Position numbers and translations under genes: made by a program
The notes under the pieces: generated by a model
The model's input: only the letters and a program-made list of their open reading frames with translations
Databases searched by the model: none
What the model was told of the DNA's origin: nothing
Part shown: positions 1 to 12,984 of the stretch, piece by piece
How the letters are laid out: every line of letters begins with the position of its first letter
Numbering within the stretch: the stretch's first letter is position 1
Source: Chiloscyllium plagiosum
Lineage: Eukaryota
Length of the DNA: 59,383 bases
Direction of reading: 5' to 3'
Assembly: GCF_004010195.1 (NCBI RefSeq)
Contig: NC_057728.1
Location: forward strand, 51,324,469 to 51,383,851

Positions 1-750
1 AGCGGTTCCCTGAGCAGACTATCAAAGCCATTTGGCAGAATGCCTCATCGCCAGAACTTTCCAACAAGCACCAAGACATGGCTTGGCTGGTGGTGAGAAG
101 GGCTCTGCCTGTGAGATCCTTTATGCACGCCGGACTCTCAGCCGCACCGCACGCTGCCCTCGAAGCGGCTGCGGGGGGGACGAGACTGTCACACACCTCC
201 TTCTGGATTGTGCCTACGTCGAAGAGGTCTGGAGAGGAATGCAGTGGTGTTTGTCGAGGTTCGTCCCGAGCAGCGCTGTGACACGGGACTCCGTGCTCTA
301 CGGCCTGTTCCCAGGACGCACACCGAGACGAACATCAACTGTGCCTGGAGGATCATCAACTCGGTGAAGGGCGCTCTCTGGGCGGTCCGAAACCTGTTGA
401 TTTTCCAGCTGAAGGAGTTGACCCCGACTGAGTGTTGCAGACTGGCACATTCCATGGTCCAGGACTACGTGTGGAGGGACGCGCTGAAGCTTGGGGCAGC
501 TGCCGCCAAGGCGCGGTGGGGAAAGACCACCATGTAACATCTGCCTGCCTAAGAAGAACAGGGGACCCGCGCAGTCATTTGGAGTCTGCTGACGCCTCAG
601 CTAAAAATGTAATCGTACAGACCTGTAAATAGGAATGATTACTATGTTTTCGGTATGCAAACAAATGGAATGTTTACATATGTATGGCATGTCCAGTTGT
701 ACAGATCATCAAAGTATTTTATGAATAAAGTATATTTTTGAAATAAAAAA
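1..750 (+). mobile_element. Tx1-like (L1 clade) non-LTR retrotransposon 3' end, frameshifted; zf-RVT-like C-terminus, 3' UTR and A tail
   Basis: ORF pieces WLVVRRALPVRSFMHA / CPRSGCGGDETVTHLLLDC / KGALWAVRNLLIF match the C-terminal CCHC region of Tx1/L1 ORF2; AATAAA at about 724 then A-rich end; related copy at 32897-33623. Confidence 0.8.
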
Positions 751-1009
751 TGCCCTTTCAACAGTCCAGAGGTCACAAACTTTGGCAACTCTGCCTCAGG
801 CATCAGTGCCAATGACTGCCATCTTCCAGTCTCATTTGTAGGTGCCCTGGTAAAACCATCTTACAGGTGGAAAAGGCTGATGGCAAGGGTGTGAAGTGAT
901 TCAGACACCAAAGTCTCAAGGTTATGGTATGGCTACATGGTGTGTGGTAAGACTAAAAAGGGAATTCCTTCAGCTCATCCATCCACAAACATGAAAGAAC
1001 ATGGATGAA

Positions 1010-1135
1010 ATCTGAAACAAAAACAAACAGGAATTGCTGGAGAAAGAGGGTCACTGAAACCAAAAATGTTAACTCTTCTTTCTCTGCACAGATACTGCCA
1101 GACCTGTCGAGTTTCTCCAGCAATTCCTGTTTTCG
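1010..1135. repeat. Penelope-like terminal fragment (family C) forming a hairpin
   Basis: Perfect 21-bp inverted repeat aaacaggaattgctggagaaa (1025-1045) / tttctccagcaattcctgttt (1112-1132); shares cagat(a/g)ctgccagacctg-type motif with copies at about 12660, 15780, 39790 and 43350. Confidence 0.55.
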
Positions 1136-1564
1136 GCTAAGTAATTTGTTCAGTCCTGCCACAGACCTGCTTTGGTAATTTGACGCCAGCATTGAAGATG
1201 GCCATTTCATTTGGAGAAGAGAACACAAAGTTTCAGGATATTAGAAATTCAAACTCAAATCGCTCAAAATATTTCAGCTTCTGAAACAAAGCCCAATGGC
1301 ACTAAATACCAAACACAGAAAATTGAGGAACTGACAGGTTATCTATGTGACGAGAACATTCAAAACAAAAAGGAGTGACATTGAAGCAGAACTCAAAAGA
1401 GACTAAATTTACATTTTGACTGAGGAAGCTGTGCAGGTCGAATTGTGAGGCTGCATAACTTTATTTCCACAACTGACCGCTGCATTTCACTCTATTCTGT
1501 GGCTTTCTCTCTGAAGTGAGGCACTGCAGCTTTAACCAAGTGTTCAACAAAGCACTCCACTCGA

Positions 1565-1760
1565 GTTCTTTCTATTGGTTCATGTGATGTGGGGGTGAGT
1601 CCCTGACCAGGCATTTATTGTCCATTCCTAATTGAGAGAAAAGCACATTGCTATGGATCAGGAGTCACAATTATACCAGAGAAGTAAGAATGGCTGATTT
1701 ACTCCCCTAAAGGGCATTAAGGAACCAAATGGTGCTTTATGACAATCAATCAACATTAAT
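1565..1760 (-). mobile_element. Decayed copy of the tRNA-headed SINE with CR1-type tail (family seen at 3775, 16740, 20565, 22610, 25561)
   Basis: Contains ggcatttattgtccattcctaattg and ggagtcaca...ccaga...gtaag motifs shared with the other copies; interrupted by the element at 1761. Confidence 0.55.
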
Positions 1761-1927
1761 GCGAAAGTGAGAACTGAAGATGCTGGAGATTAGAGTCAAG
1801 ATTAGAGTGGTGCTGGAAAAACACAGCAGGTCAGGCAGTATCCGAGGAGCAGGAAAATTGACATTTTGGGCAGGAGCCTGATGAAGAGGTCCTGCCTGAA
1901 ACGTCGATTTTCCTGCTCCTCAGATGC
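1761..1927. mobile_element. Short Penelope-like derivative (family A), inverted arms, hammerhead-like motif CTGATGA(1878-1884)...GAAA(1898-1901)CGTC
   Basis: Left arm gatgctggagattagagtc...gaggagcaggaaaattgac is the reverse complement of the right arm gtcgattttcctgctcctcagatgc; same arms as the GIY-YIG element at 41584-42554. Confidence 0.75.
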
Positions 1928-2913
1928 ATTACTGAGACTAGTTCTGTTTTTTAAAAACCCAATGTAGTTGGGCATGTCATTCATTGTTACATTGTAATTT
2001 GTCCATCACTGTACCTATTGTCTTGTCAGGAATTATTGTGCTGCCTTTGCACTTTTCTATGCACTTTATGCTCCCCTGTGTATGACTGTACTCTTGTGTA
2101 GTTTGTGTGTTCATAAAACACCTTGGTCCCTGGATCAACACGGTCTCATTTTTATTGTATCAGCTGGATATGGTAGAAATGACAAATAAAGTTACTCTAC
2201 TCCAAGACTCTCACTTGCAGAAGTGGGATTTGAACTTGGATCTTAGGCCTAGAGATAGGAGCACTACCACATGACACTTAATTGAATGCAAATTCAACCA
2301 GCTTCCATGCAGGGATTCAAACATCGGTTACAGAACTTGCCTGACCCCTCTGGAACACTAGTATTACCACTGCACCACTGTGTTCCCATAAGCAGACATG
2401 TGTCCTGCTGCACTTTGCAAATAAGGCCATTGTCAGTGGAAATATGAGCATCTAGTTTCAGATTTCATCTACTGACTTTGGAGGGAGATAACACCCAGGC
2501 CTGAAATGAGTAAATACATCAAACTGGAAACCCTGAAGTTGAAAAAAAAGCCTGTATTTGAATAGACCTTTACACTAACACCAGTCAACTCAAAAAGGCT
2601 GTGCAGCCTGAGAGAGTGTTCAGAGAGTGTTTCTACCGTTGACTGTAGGAAACATGGCAGCCAATTGGCACAGCAAACTCCCACAAATAGTAAAGTAACA
2701 ATAACCTGACAATCCAGTTTACAGATGTTACTTGAAGGATAAATGTGAGCCAGGAAACTGACTTCAAGCCATGGGAAATAGTCCTGCTCTGAGTAGACAA
2801 CTTAACTAAATTTTCTGCCAGTGCATTTCAACAGTGAAGTAGGCCTCTGTACTGGAGTGGCAGCCTTGATTTCTGCGGTCAAGAGAAGAATGGGACTTGA
2901 ACACACACTTTGG

Positions 2914-3110
2914 AGACAGTGAGGTCTGCAGATGCTGGAGATCAGAGTTGAGAGTGCGTTGCTGGAAAGGCACAGCAGATCAGGCAGCATCCGAGGAGCA
3001 GGCAAATCGACATTTCGGGCCAGAGCCGACATTCCTGAAGAAGGGCTCTGGCCTGAAATGTCAATTCTCCTGCTCCTCGGATGCTGCCTGACCTGCTGCG
3101 CTTTTCCAGC
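2914..3110. mobile_element. Short Penelope-like derivative (family A), inverted arms, hammerhead-like motif CTGAAGA(3035-3041)...GAAA(3055-3058)TGTC
   Basis: Near-perfect hairpin; flanked by aacacacactttgg (2900-2913) and aacacacaccttgg (3111-3124). Confidence 0.75.
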
Positions 3111-3774
3111 AACACACACCTTGGCTTGTGAACTGCTCTTTTCCTGCCCTGTGTTTGGGAGAGAGCGGGTAGATGTAGGCGTTTGGAGTTTATCTGCTGC
3201 CATTTCACTGGATTGGACAGAGCTGCAAGCACCACAGTCAGTGAGCTCACTCCACACATATTGGCAAAAAATCCCTGGGAATTCCTCTGGGAATTTCCAA
3301 CAGGCAGTGTGACCTACTCCTTTCAAATGTGAAACACCCTTCAGTTTTTTTTGGCAAATTAAATGGTGTGCAAGTGATATTTGTCCTTGTACCACAGCTG
3401 ACAGCTGCCATATACGTTTGTGAAGAAATGGGTTTAAATAATTAATTCTCCATCAGTGGCTGGCAGGGAAAACCAATGGTGAGCAGCGACCAAACTGAAT
3501 CACTTACAGGTTTGGAAAGCAGGGTGAATGAACAATGTGCTGGAGTTAGAAGCAAGTCAAATTCCACTTTCCCCTTCAATTCACAGTGACATTCTGCTGA
3601 GTGTCCATAGACTAGGAGTTCATCAACTCTCTGGTGTCCCTTAGTTGGTAGTGCTCGTGTTTCTGAATGGGATGGAAAGCAACAGAGTGTGATACCACCT
3701 TAAACTCACCATAAAACCCAGAGCATTGTAGTGACTGCAAAGGTTGCCAGGCTCATCCACTGTCTGGGGGAAGG

Positions 3775-4130
3775 AGACAATAATGTGGTGGTAACATCAC
3801 TGGGTTAGTCAGCCTAGGCTAATGCTCATGGTCCTGTTCAGAACTATTCACAGCACTTGATGGAATTTAAATACAATTAAGAAAAGCTGGAGTATAAAGC
3901 TGGTCTCAGTAACAGTGACCATGACAGCCATTGATTGCCACTGTGTTCACTCATGTCCTTTATAGAAGGAAATCTGCCATCCTTACCTAGTCTGGCCTAC
4001 ATATGACTCCAGACCCACAGCAAGATCATTGCCTCTAAAGTGACCGAGCAAGCCACTCAACTCCAGGACAATAAGGGCTGAGCAAAAACAGTGGCCTTGC
4101 TAGTGACACCCATGTCCCTTGAAGGAATTA
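3775..4130 (+). mobile_element. tRNA-headed SINE with CR1-type tail
   Basis: Core gaaggaaatctgccatccttacctagtctggcctacatatgactccagacccacagcaa shared with several copies in the window. Confidence 0.65.
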
Positions 4131-4942
4131 ATTTGAAAGTCCTGTATTAACATGGTCTTTGACAGGCTAGATAGCAGATTCCACTACCAAACGAGAGGAG
4201 AAGAGGAACAGGGAATCTTGGACTACTCCCAATACTTCAGCAGCTCCCTCAGCAGGAATGGTCCAGATAAAGAAAATCCCAGCTGATGCAGAGGGTAATG
4301 GACGGCAAGTAGCAGCCAGTGGTCAAAGGCGATGGGAAAAGTCAGAAAAATTAAAAATCAGAAATAGTGATAGTTGCCCCACACCCAGAAGTGTGGAATT
4401 TATTCACAGTTGCACGATATTAAATGGCACAATCTATGAGAAAGACTGACCACAAACAGCACTTCATATCCACCCTACACAGCAGCTGAACTTTGCTAAT
4501 CTCGAACTTTACTCCATCAAGGAACTCAAAACAATGACTGATAAAGACACAACAGGCTCTTGCAGAATCTACTCTAGAGCAACCAACACACACAGACAAG
4601 AATATCTGCAAGTTTATAATTTCAAAAAAAAAACAAACCAGTTTATGTATCCACCACAACAGACGACCAAAAAAAAAGTGGAGAAGTACAGAAAGAGAGA
4701 CAAAAAAAAGGTAAATATCAAAGGGGAAGGAAGAATGATTAGAAAGAGGTGTGAAACCAGAACTTTACAAAAAAAGGGGAACATTTTGTAAGCAGTAAAA
4801 AGGGAAACTTAGAAAAGGGCTGCACAGAGCTGAAAATAGAAATCACGTGACCCATGAAAGGAACAGCCGAAACATTAGTGTAATATTGTGTTATGGTTTC
4901 CGTAGAGACGTACGGGGAGGCAGTCACTCAGTTGCTGAACGA

Positions 4943-7805
4943 GAATCGAGCATAGAACATAAAACAATACAGTGCAGAACAGACCCTTCGGCCCTCGATG
5001 TTGTGCCAATCTGTGAACTAATCTAAGTCCAACCCCTTACATTATCCCATCATCATCATCCATATGCTTATCCAAGGACTGTTTAAATGCTCCTAATATG
5101 ACCGAGTTAACTACATTGGCAGACGGGGCATTCTACGCCCTTAGCACTCTCTGAGTAAAGAACCTACTTTGCATGTCTCTATTAAATCCCTTCTGAGCCA
5201 CCTTCTGTCCAGTGAGAACAGATCCAAGTCCCTCAGCCTTTCCTCATAAGACCTTCCCTCCAGACCAGGCAACAACCTGGTAAATCTCCTCTGCACCTTT
5301 TCCAATCCTTCCACATCCTTCCAGTAACGGGGCGACCAGAACCATACACAATGTTCCAAGTGAGGCTGTACTAGCATTTTGTAAGTTGCAGCATGACATT
5401 ACAGCTCCGGAACTCAATCCCTCTACCAACGAAACCTAACACACCATATGCCTTTCTTAACAGCATTATCAACCTGGGTGGTAACTTTTAGGGATCTATG
5501 TATATGGTCATCAAGATCCCTCTGCACATCGACACTACCAAGAATCTTGCCATTGACCCAGTATTCTGCCTTCCTGTTATTTTTCCCCAAAGTGAATCAT
5601 GTCACACTTAACTGCATTGAACTCCATTTGCCACCTCTCAGCCCAATTCTGCAGTTTATCTAAGTCCCCCTGCAACCTGCAACATTCTTCAAACTGTCCA
5701 CCACTCCACCGACTTTAGTGTCATCTGAAAACTTACTAACTCATCCACCTATGCCTGCGTCCAAGTCATTTATAAAAAATGACAAACAGCAATGGTCCCA
5801 AAACAGATTCTTGTGGCACACCACTAGTAACTGGACGCCAGGCTGACTATTTTCCATCAACCACCAATCGCTGCCTTCTTACAGAAAGCTATTTCTAATC
5901 CAAACTGTTTAATCACCCTCAATTCCATATATCTTCATTTCCTCCAAAAGCTTACCAAGTGGAACCTTATCAAAGGCTTTATTGAAGTCCACGTACACCA
6001 TGTCAACTGCCCTAACCTCATCCATATGCTTGGTCACCTTCTCAAAAAACTCAATGAGGTTTGTGAGACAAGACCTGCCCTTGACGAAACCATGTTGACT
6101 ACTTCCAAGTTAAATTGTTGCTTGTGAGATGATTATAAATCCTCTCTTAAATACTTTCCAAAAAACATTTTCCTGTAATAGACACAAGGCTCACTGGTCT
6201 ATAATTATGTAGGTCATCTCTACTGCCCTTCTTGAACAAGGGCACAACATTTGCAATCCTACAGTCCTCTGGTATTAAGCCTTTAGACAATAATGACTCA
6301 AAAATCAAGACGAAAGGCTCTGCCATCTCCTCCCCAGCTTCCCAGAGAATCCTCAGATAAATCCCATCTGGCCCAGGGAACTTATCTACTTTCACACCCT
6401 CTATAATTGATAACACCACCTTCTTACTAACCTCAATCCTTTCTAGTCTAATAGGCTGTATCTCAGTCTTCTCCTCTACAATATTCTTCTTTTCCTGAGT
6501 GAAAACAGATGAGGAAATATTAATTTAGCACCTTTCCAACCTCCACAGGGTCCACACACAACTTCCCACTTCTATCTTTGACTGGCCCTATTCCTACCCT
6601 CATCATCCTTTTATTCCTCACATACCTATAGAGAGCTTTAGGGTTCTCCTTTATTCGACCTGCTAAAGACTGCTCATGTCCCCTCCTTGGTCTGAACTCT
6701 CTCTTTAAATCCTTCCTAGCTACTCTAACTCTCCATCGCCTCATTTGAGCCATCTCCTCTCAATGTTACATAAGCTTCCCTCTGCTGCTTAACAAGAGTT
6801 ACAATTTCTTTGGTAAACCATGGTTCCCTTACTTTATTATTTTCTCCCTGCGTGACATGGACATACCTATCAAGGACATGCAATATCTGTTCCTTAAACC
6901 AGCTCCACATTTCAACTGTTCCCATCCCCTGCATTTTGCTATCCCATTCTATGCCTCCTAAGTCTTGCCTAATCGCATTATAGTTGCCCTTCCCCCATCT
7001 GTAACTCTTGGCACGTACCCAGCCCTTTCCATCGCTAAACTAAACGCAACCGAATTATGGTCATTCTCTCTCTGAAGTGCTCACCTACCACTAAATCAAA
7101 CAGCTGGCCTGGTTCATTACCAAGCACCAAATCTAGTGTGGCCTTCCCACTTGTCAACCCATCGACGTACTGTGTCAGGAAACCCTCCTGCACACATTGG
7201 ACAAAAACTGATCCATCCAACGTACTAGAGTTATAGCATTTCCAATCAGTCAATATTGGGCAAAGTTAAAGCCCCCATAATGACCACTCTGTTCCTTTCA
7301 TTCTTACCCAGAATAGTTTTGCCAATCCTCTCCTCCTTGTGGAGGCCAATGTAAAAACTCCCAGCAGTGTGACCTCTCCTCTCCTGTTTCTAACCTCAGA
7401 CCATACCACCTCAGTAGATGAGTCTTCGTCAAAAGTTCTTGCAGCCATTGCAATACAAACCTTGACTAACAAAGCCACACCTTCCCCTCTTTTACCACCT
7501 TCCCTGATCTTAATGAAAGATCTAAACCCTGAAACCTACAACATCCATTCCTGACCCTGCTCTATCCATGTCTCCGAAATGGCCACAACATTGAAGTCCC
7601 AGGTACTTATCCATGCTGCAAGCTCACCTTTCTTATTCCAGATACTCCTGGTGTTGAAGTAGACACACTTCAAACCAGCTTGCTGTCTGCCAGCACATTC
7701 CTATGACCGTGAAATCCTGTCCATGTCCTTCCTACTCTCATCCTCCTGTGCACTAGAACTACACCACAGGTTCCAATCCCCCTGCTGAGCTAGTTTAAAC
7801 CCAGA
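4943..7805 (-). mobile_element. CR1-clade LINE (HER1-like), ORF2 endonuclease-RT remnant with stops and frameshifts
   Basis: ORF fragments [15 protein letters not shown]...[27 protein letters not shown]...NVVPLFKKG...NYRPVSL, TLDLVLGNEPGQ; agaacat-type tail repeats at about 4945-4965. Confidence 0.9.
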
Positions 7806-8089
7806 AGCATTCCAGAAACCCATGCTAACACTTTTAGGAGTCAAATTCAACCAAAAACCGTTGCAGTGTTTAAAAAATTAAAATCTAGAAAAAAAAAAGA
7901 TTTTCCACGACAATAGTCAGTTAATCTAAAAAGGTTTACTACTATTCTGGGGGGAGGGGTGGAAATCTTCTGTCCTTAACTGATCTGGTCTATATGTGAC
8001 TCTAGATCCACTGCAATGCAGTTGATTCTCAACTGCCTTCTACAATGGCCTAGCGACCTGACCCAGGCTCTGTAGTCCCATCACATGCT

Positions 8090-9580
8090 GTTGTAAATGG
8101 TGAACAGTTAAAACAGGTGGAAGCAGCACCACCATTACTTCATTTCTCAACAATGGGGGAAGCACAGTACATCAGCACTAAAAGGCAAGTTTGCAAATGC
8201 TTCAGCCACCTTAGACTAGATGTGCTGAGGGAGTGATCCATCTCAGTCTCCTTCCAAATTCCCCAACATCACAAAACATACTGCAAAGGCTATGGGACTC
8301 TGACTCTATTCCAGCAACAGTGCTCCAGAAACTTGGCACAACTCTCGCCAAACATTTCCCGTACAGTTACAAGACGGGCACCTGTCTGACAAAGTGGAAA
8401 ATTGACCAGGTAGGCGCTGTCTACAAAATTTTAACCTGGACATAAGCTATCTTATCAACCTACTCTCAATCATCAGTAAAGTGATGGAAAGGGTCACTGA
8501 CAGTGCTATCAAGTAGCACCAGCTTAGCAATAACCTGCTCAGCGATACCCTGTTTGGGTTCCACCAGGGCCACTCAGCTCCTGACCTCATTACAACCATG
8601 GAAAACAAAAGAAAAAAAACGAAAAATAACTGAATCCCAGAGGTGAGATGGAAGTGACTGTCCTTGACGTCAAGGCTGCATTTGATACAGCATTGCAATG
8701 AAGAGACCCCAGCAAAATTGGAGTCAACAGGAATCAAGTGAAGAACTCTCCACTGGTAGGAGTCATGCTTGGTACATAGGAAGATCGCTGTGGTTTCTGG
8801 AGGTTAAATCATCTCAGTTACAGGATATCCTCAAGATAGTGGGCGGCACGGTGGCACAGTGGTTAGCACTGCTGCCTCACAGCGCCTGAGAACCGGGTTC
8901 AATTCCCGACTCAGGCGACTGACTGTGTGGAGTTTGCACATTCTCCCCGTGTCTGCGTGGGTTTCCTCCGGGTGCTCCGGTTTCCTCCCACAGTCCAAAA
9001 AGATGTGCAGGGTCAGGTGAATTGGCCATGCTAAATTGCCCGTAGTGTTAGGTAAGGGGTAAATGTAGGGGTATGGGTGGGTTTCGCTTCGGCGGGTCGG
9101 TGTGGACTTGTTGGGCCGAAGGGCCTGTTTCTACACTGTAATGTAATCTAATCTAAATCTAATCTAATCTAAATAGTATCCTAGTCCCAACCATCTTCAG
9201 CTGATTCATCATGACTTTCCCTCCATAAGATCGGAAATGGGAATATTTGCTGATGATTGCACAACGTTCAGCATCACTGGCCTCGGACACCAAAACAGTC
9301 CATGTACATGATAACATCTGTGGCTACGATCACAGAGAATCTAACCATCAGCCCTTGACATTTAATGGCATTTTCATTGTTGTATGGCCTGCTAATCAAC
9401 ACCCTGAGAGTTACCATTGTAGTGAATCTGAAAAGTGATTGGTCATATAAATACAGTTGCTGCAAGGCAAACAGAGGCTAGAAATGCTGCTTAACTCCAG
9501 ATTCCCCAAAGCTTGTAAAAATCACATATCAGTATTGTGTTGGAATACTTCCCATTTACCTGGGTTGGTGTAGCTCCATC
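8090..9580 (+). mobile_element. Decayed CR1-clade LINE RT fragment, interrupted by an HE1 SINE
   Basis: Reads as ...LLSIISKVME...LLSDTLFGFHQGHSAPDL near 8460-8590 and FADDCT (tttgctgatgattgcaca) at about 9246. Confidence 0.7.
8841..9172 (+). mobile_element. HE1-type V-SINE, full length
   Basis: tRNA-like head gggcggcacggtggcacagtggttagcactg...gggttcaattcc, V-domain tgtgtggagtttgcacattctccccgtgtctgcgtgggtttcctcc, (taatc)n tail. Confidence 0.9.
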
Positions 9581-10439
9581 AAGCAACACCCTGAACAGCT
9601 GGAGTAGGGCTGAAAAAGCTGAGAATCAAGCTGGATTAAAAGGTGGAGTCAGTTTTATTGGCAACTGTGTTGCAGTTTATGAATAAGATGGGGCAATCAA
9701 TCAGGTAACACACCCCTCAACAAGGTAGATCAGACAGGGTTTGGTATCTGGGCTGCAACATCAGGCCACCGTTTAACAAATTGGAGATGTAAAAGCCGGT
9801 CTGACAGTGACAATATCAAATTGCATCTGATACATGCGGTTATTAAACTTAGTAAATCAGTTCTCAAATTACAGTACTAGTGATCAGTTTGTTTAGTAAA
9901 GAAATAAGCTGTAGGAGAGGAGGGCCCAGGTAGGATAGAGTTTGGCACATTCACTTTTTCATCAAAAAGCTACGAGAAGGCATCATGACCAGGACGTGGG
10001 TCAATGTGCTTGTAAAATCAGAAGCATTTTCTGGTCCTCAGCATCCACGTGAAGAACTTCACTTTTGCTGCTGATTGTTTCCAAATTACTTTCTCCTGGT
10101 GAGTAATGGCTGTACAGGTAAGTTCTTGGCACCAGGAGATATCTGAGGCAGTGCCCATGTGGAGTGGAATGAGTGGCTGGAATCTGGCCCTCAGGCTGGG
10201 TCAGTGCTGGCTCACAAGGAAGGTGCTACTCAGTATGAACTGACCTCCAGGCCAGGTATGCCCAACCCAATCTCACATACAGCATTGCAGTCCCAGTCGC
10301 TAGGGTGGGCACTGTCCCTCCTTTTAAAAAGCCATACAAATACTGTGTCCATGACAGAGTCTGGAAACCTGCAACAAGGAACTCACCTCCTGACTCCCCA
10401 AAGCCTATCCACCTTCTAAAAGGCACAGGTCAGGAGTCT

Positions 10440-10985
10440 GAAATGATACTCCCTGCTTGCCTGGACAAGCAGTTGACACCTCCATCCACTGCTTGAAACA
10501 TTCATTCCTTTCATCACAGATGCACAGTTGTAACAATGTGTACAATGGTCAAGAAGTGTGGTGCTGGAAATGCACAGCGAGTCAGGCAGCATCTGAGGTG
10601 GAGAGTTGGCGGTTTGCGCATAAGCTCTCCGCAGTGTGTACCATGTACCATTTACCAGCTGCACTGCAGCAACCCACCAAGTCCTCAGCAGCACCTACCA
10701 AATTCACAACCTCTATCATCTCAAAGGACAAGAGCAGCAGAACACATGGGGAAAGTCACCATCTGAGAGTTCCTCTCCAAGCCACACACAATCCTACCCA
10801 CCATCCCTTTTCAGTGACACTGGGTCAATTTCCAGAACTCCCTTCCTAACAACATGATGGGTCTACCTACAACCCTCAGAGTGCAGTGGTACAAGGCGGC
10901 AACTCATCACCAACACCTCCAGGGGCAAGTAGGGATGGCCAATAAATGCTGGCCCAGCCAAAGCCCATATCCTGTGGAACACTAA
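10440..10985 (+). mobile_element. CR1-clade LINE 3' end with a short family-A Penelope-like arm inserted at about 10545-10630
   Basis: Ends gggatggccaataaatgctggcccagcc; similar to 38850-39650; insert gtggtgctggaaatgcacagcgagtcaggcagcatc. Confidence 0.6.
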
Positions 10986-12047
10986 AGATGTCTTGCTACA
11001 AAACACTTTAAACTAAAATCGGATTTGCAAAGTGAGAATGGGGAATGTAACCACATAGCTCAATGACAGCATCATGGGGGATCCCTGCCTTTTCTGCAAA
11101 GTGCTCACACCTTTATCTATGAAGCCCACTGTCAGCAGCAACTAGAGAATCATTACTTCTTACCCTCCTCTTGTCGAGTGCGAGAGTAGCAATGGGCTGT
11201 CTGTCCACAATCTTTTACATCCAGCCACTGCCCACGGCCCCAATACTGTCCTTGTGACCATTTTCCTATTTTGTGCAGTCTCTTGCAGCTTTGGCCATCA
11301 GCAGCCAGGCTCCATGAACTAACTCTGTTGCACTAATCCTCAGGATTATTTTTCCAGGAGGTAAGAAGAATTCTCCAGGGGAGCTTCGGTTTCACTGCAA
11401 CATTCTGACACAGCCACAGAAAAGCCAGATCATCCAAAACCGCCACAGTGTTCCCGTACACAGACTCAACCCACTGAGCACAGTTGTAGCCCTTTTCCTC
11501 AAGGGCAGAGTGTTAATGTCCCCAAGTTTACTGGAAAAGCTGAATGCCTCTTGCTGACAGGCATGCTGTGGCACATTCTGAATCAGGTCTCCTGATTTTC
11601 TTCATTAATTTAATAATTTTTAAGATTAAAAAAAACATTGAACAGGCCTGGTAACATCCTCTACAGTCAGAAGAATTGCAAAGTATTTTCCAATTGTGCA
11701 GCAAATTGCCTTTCTAACCATTCTATTCGTTGGTTGGGGCACTGAATTGGCAAGAGGGAGAAAAGTGGAGTGTTGAATATAAACTTGAGACATTTAGCTT
11801 TGTTAAAGGTTGCTATATAAATAAAAGTTGTTAAACTTGAAGCATGGTTGAAATTTCCATTTTTGACAAAAAAGGATTTTACTTCTAAATTTTGTTTCAT
11901 TTTCCATTTGAGCAATGTGGGAAATTATCAACTAGTTTCTCATGACAAATCCCCTTCTGTCAAAGGGCGGGTTTTTGAATGACAGTGAAAGTGGTCCTTG
12001 TTCGACAGATTCAGGAGAAGCTGCAGGAACCGTGCAGAGAACTCAGG

Positions 12048-12119
12048 GTGATGGTGGTATAGTGGTGAGCATAGCTGCCTCCCAAGCAGTTGACCCGGGT
12101 TCAGTTCCTGGCCAGAGCA
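12048..12119 (+). pseudogene. tRNA-Gly pseudogene (Gly-TCC-type body, anticodon CCC at 12081-12083)
   Basis: tggtggtatagtggtgagcatagctgcctcccaagcagttgacccgggttc is nearly identical to vertebrate tRNA-Gly(TCC); acceptor stem has two mismatches (GTGATGG/CCAGAGC) and the T loop is altered; TTTT at about 12138. Confidence 0.8.
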
Positions 12120-12146
12120 GTGTTGTGGTTTGTAAACTTTTAAAAA

Positions 12147-12470
12147 GGGGCGGCACGGTGGCACAGCGGTTAGCACTGCTGCCCCACAGCGCCAGAGACT
12201 GGGGTTCAAATCCCGCTTTGGGCAACTGTCTGTGTGGAGTTTGCTTTGCACGTTCTTCCCGTGTCTGCGTGGGTTTCCTCTGGGTGCTCTGGTTTCCTCC
12301 CACAGTCTAAAGATGTGCAGGTCAGGTGAATTGGCCGTGCTAAGTTGCCCCTAGTGTTAGGTGAAGGGGTAAATGTAGGGGAATGGGTCTGGGTGGGTTA
12401 CTCTTCAGCAGGTCCGTGTGGACTTTTTGGGCCAAAGGCCTGTTTCCACACTGTAAGTAATCTAATCTAA
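12147..12470 (+). mobile_element. HE1-type V-SINE, full length
   Basis: Same head, V-domain and taatc tail as 8841-9172. Confidence 0.9.
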
Positions 12471-12749
12471 ACTCCAACTGTGGGAGTCTCAGCGCAAATT
12501 CCTCGTGCACTTCTGAAGAGAACAAGCAAGTGCTGCACATTACTCTGAACATCCCTTCTACAGATTAAGATTAATCACCAAGGATTTGCATTTGCTATAT
12601 AAATAAAAAACTTCCCGTTAAATAAATGGCCTGGTCAGAAATAGATTAGTTTTCATCACCTCGAAATGTTAACTGTTTCTATCTCTGCAGATGTTGCTTG
12701 ATCTGCCAAGTATTTCCAGAATTTTCTGCAGGCTGACAGTTGTTTCTAG

Positions 12750-12984
12750 GCAAAAGTGAAAACTGCAGATGCTGGAGATTAGAGTCAAGATCAGAGTGGT
12801 GCTGGAAAAGCACAGCAGGTCAGGCAGCATTCGAGGAGTAGGAAAATCGATGTTTCAGGCAGGAGTCCTTTATCAGGAATGAATCCCTTCATTCATTCCT
12901 GATGAAGGGTTCCTGCCCGAAACGTCGACTTTCCTGCTCCTTGGATGCTGCCTGACCTGCTGTGCTTTTCCAGCACCACTCCAG
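12750..12984. mobile_element. Short Penelope-like derivative (family A) with two inverted hammerhead-bearing arms and a 12-bp TSD
   Basis: Arms at about 12795-12883 and 12893-12981 are reverse complements; agttgtttctag at 12738-12749 and 12985-12996. Confidence 0.8.
12895..12930 (+). ncRNA. Minimal type I hammerhead ribozyme motif
   Basis: CTGATGA (12899-12905), extra A, stem II GGGT-TCCT-GCCC, GAAA (12919-12922), CG, TC; ACGT palindrome in place of stem III. Confidence 0.65.

Noticed and set aside
8841..8912. tRNA genes at SINE heads (also 12147 and 27920-27990)
   Set aside because: These are tRNA-derived HE1 heads continuous with the V-domain, not standalone tRNAs.
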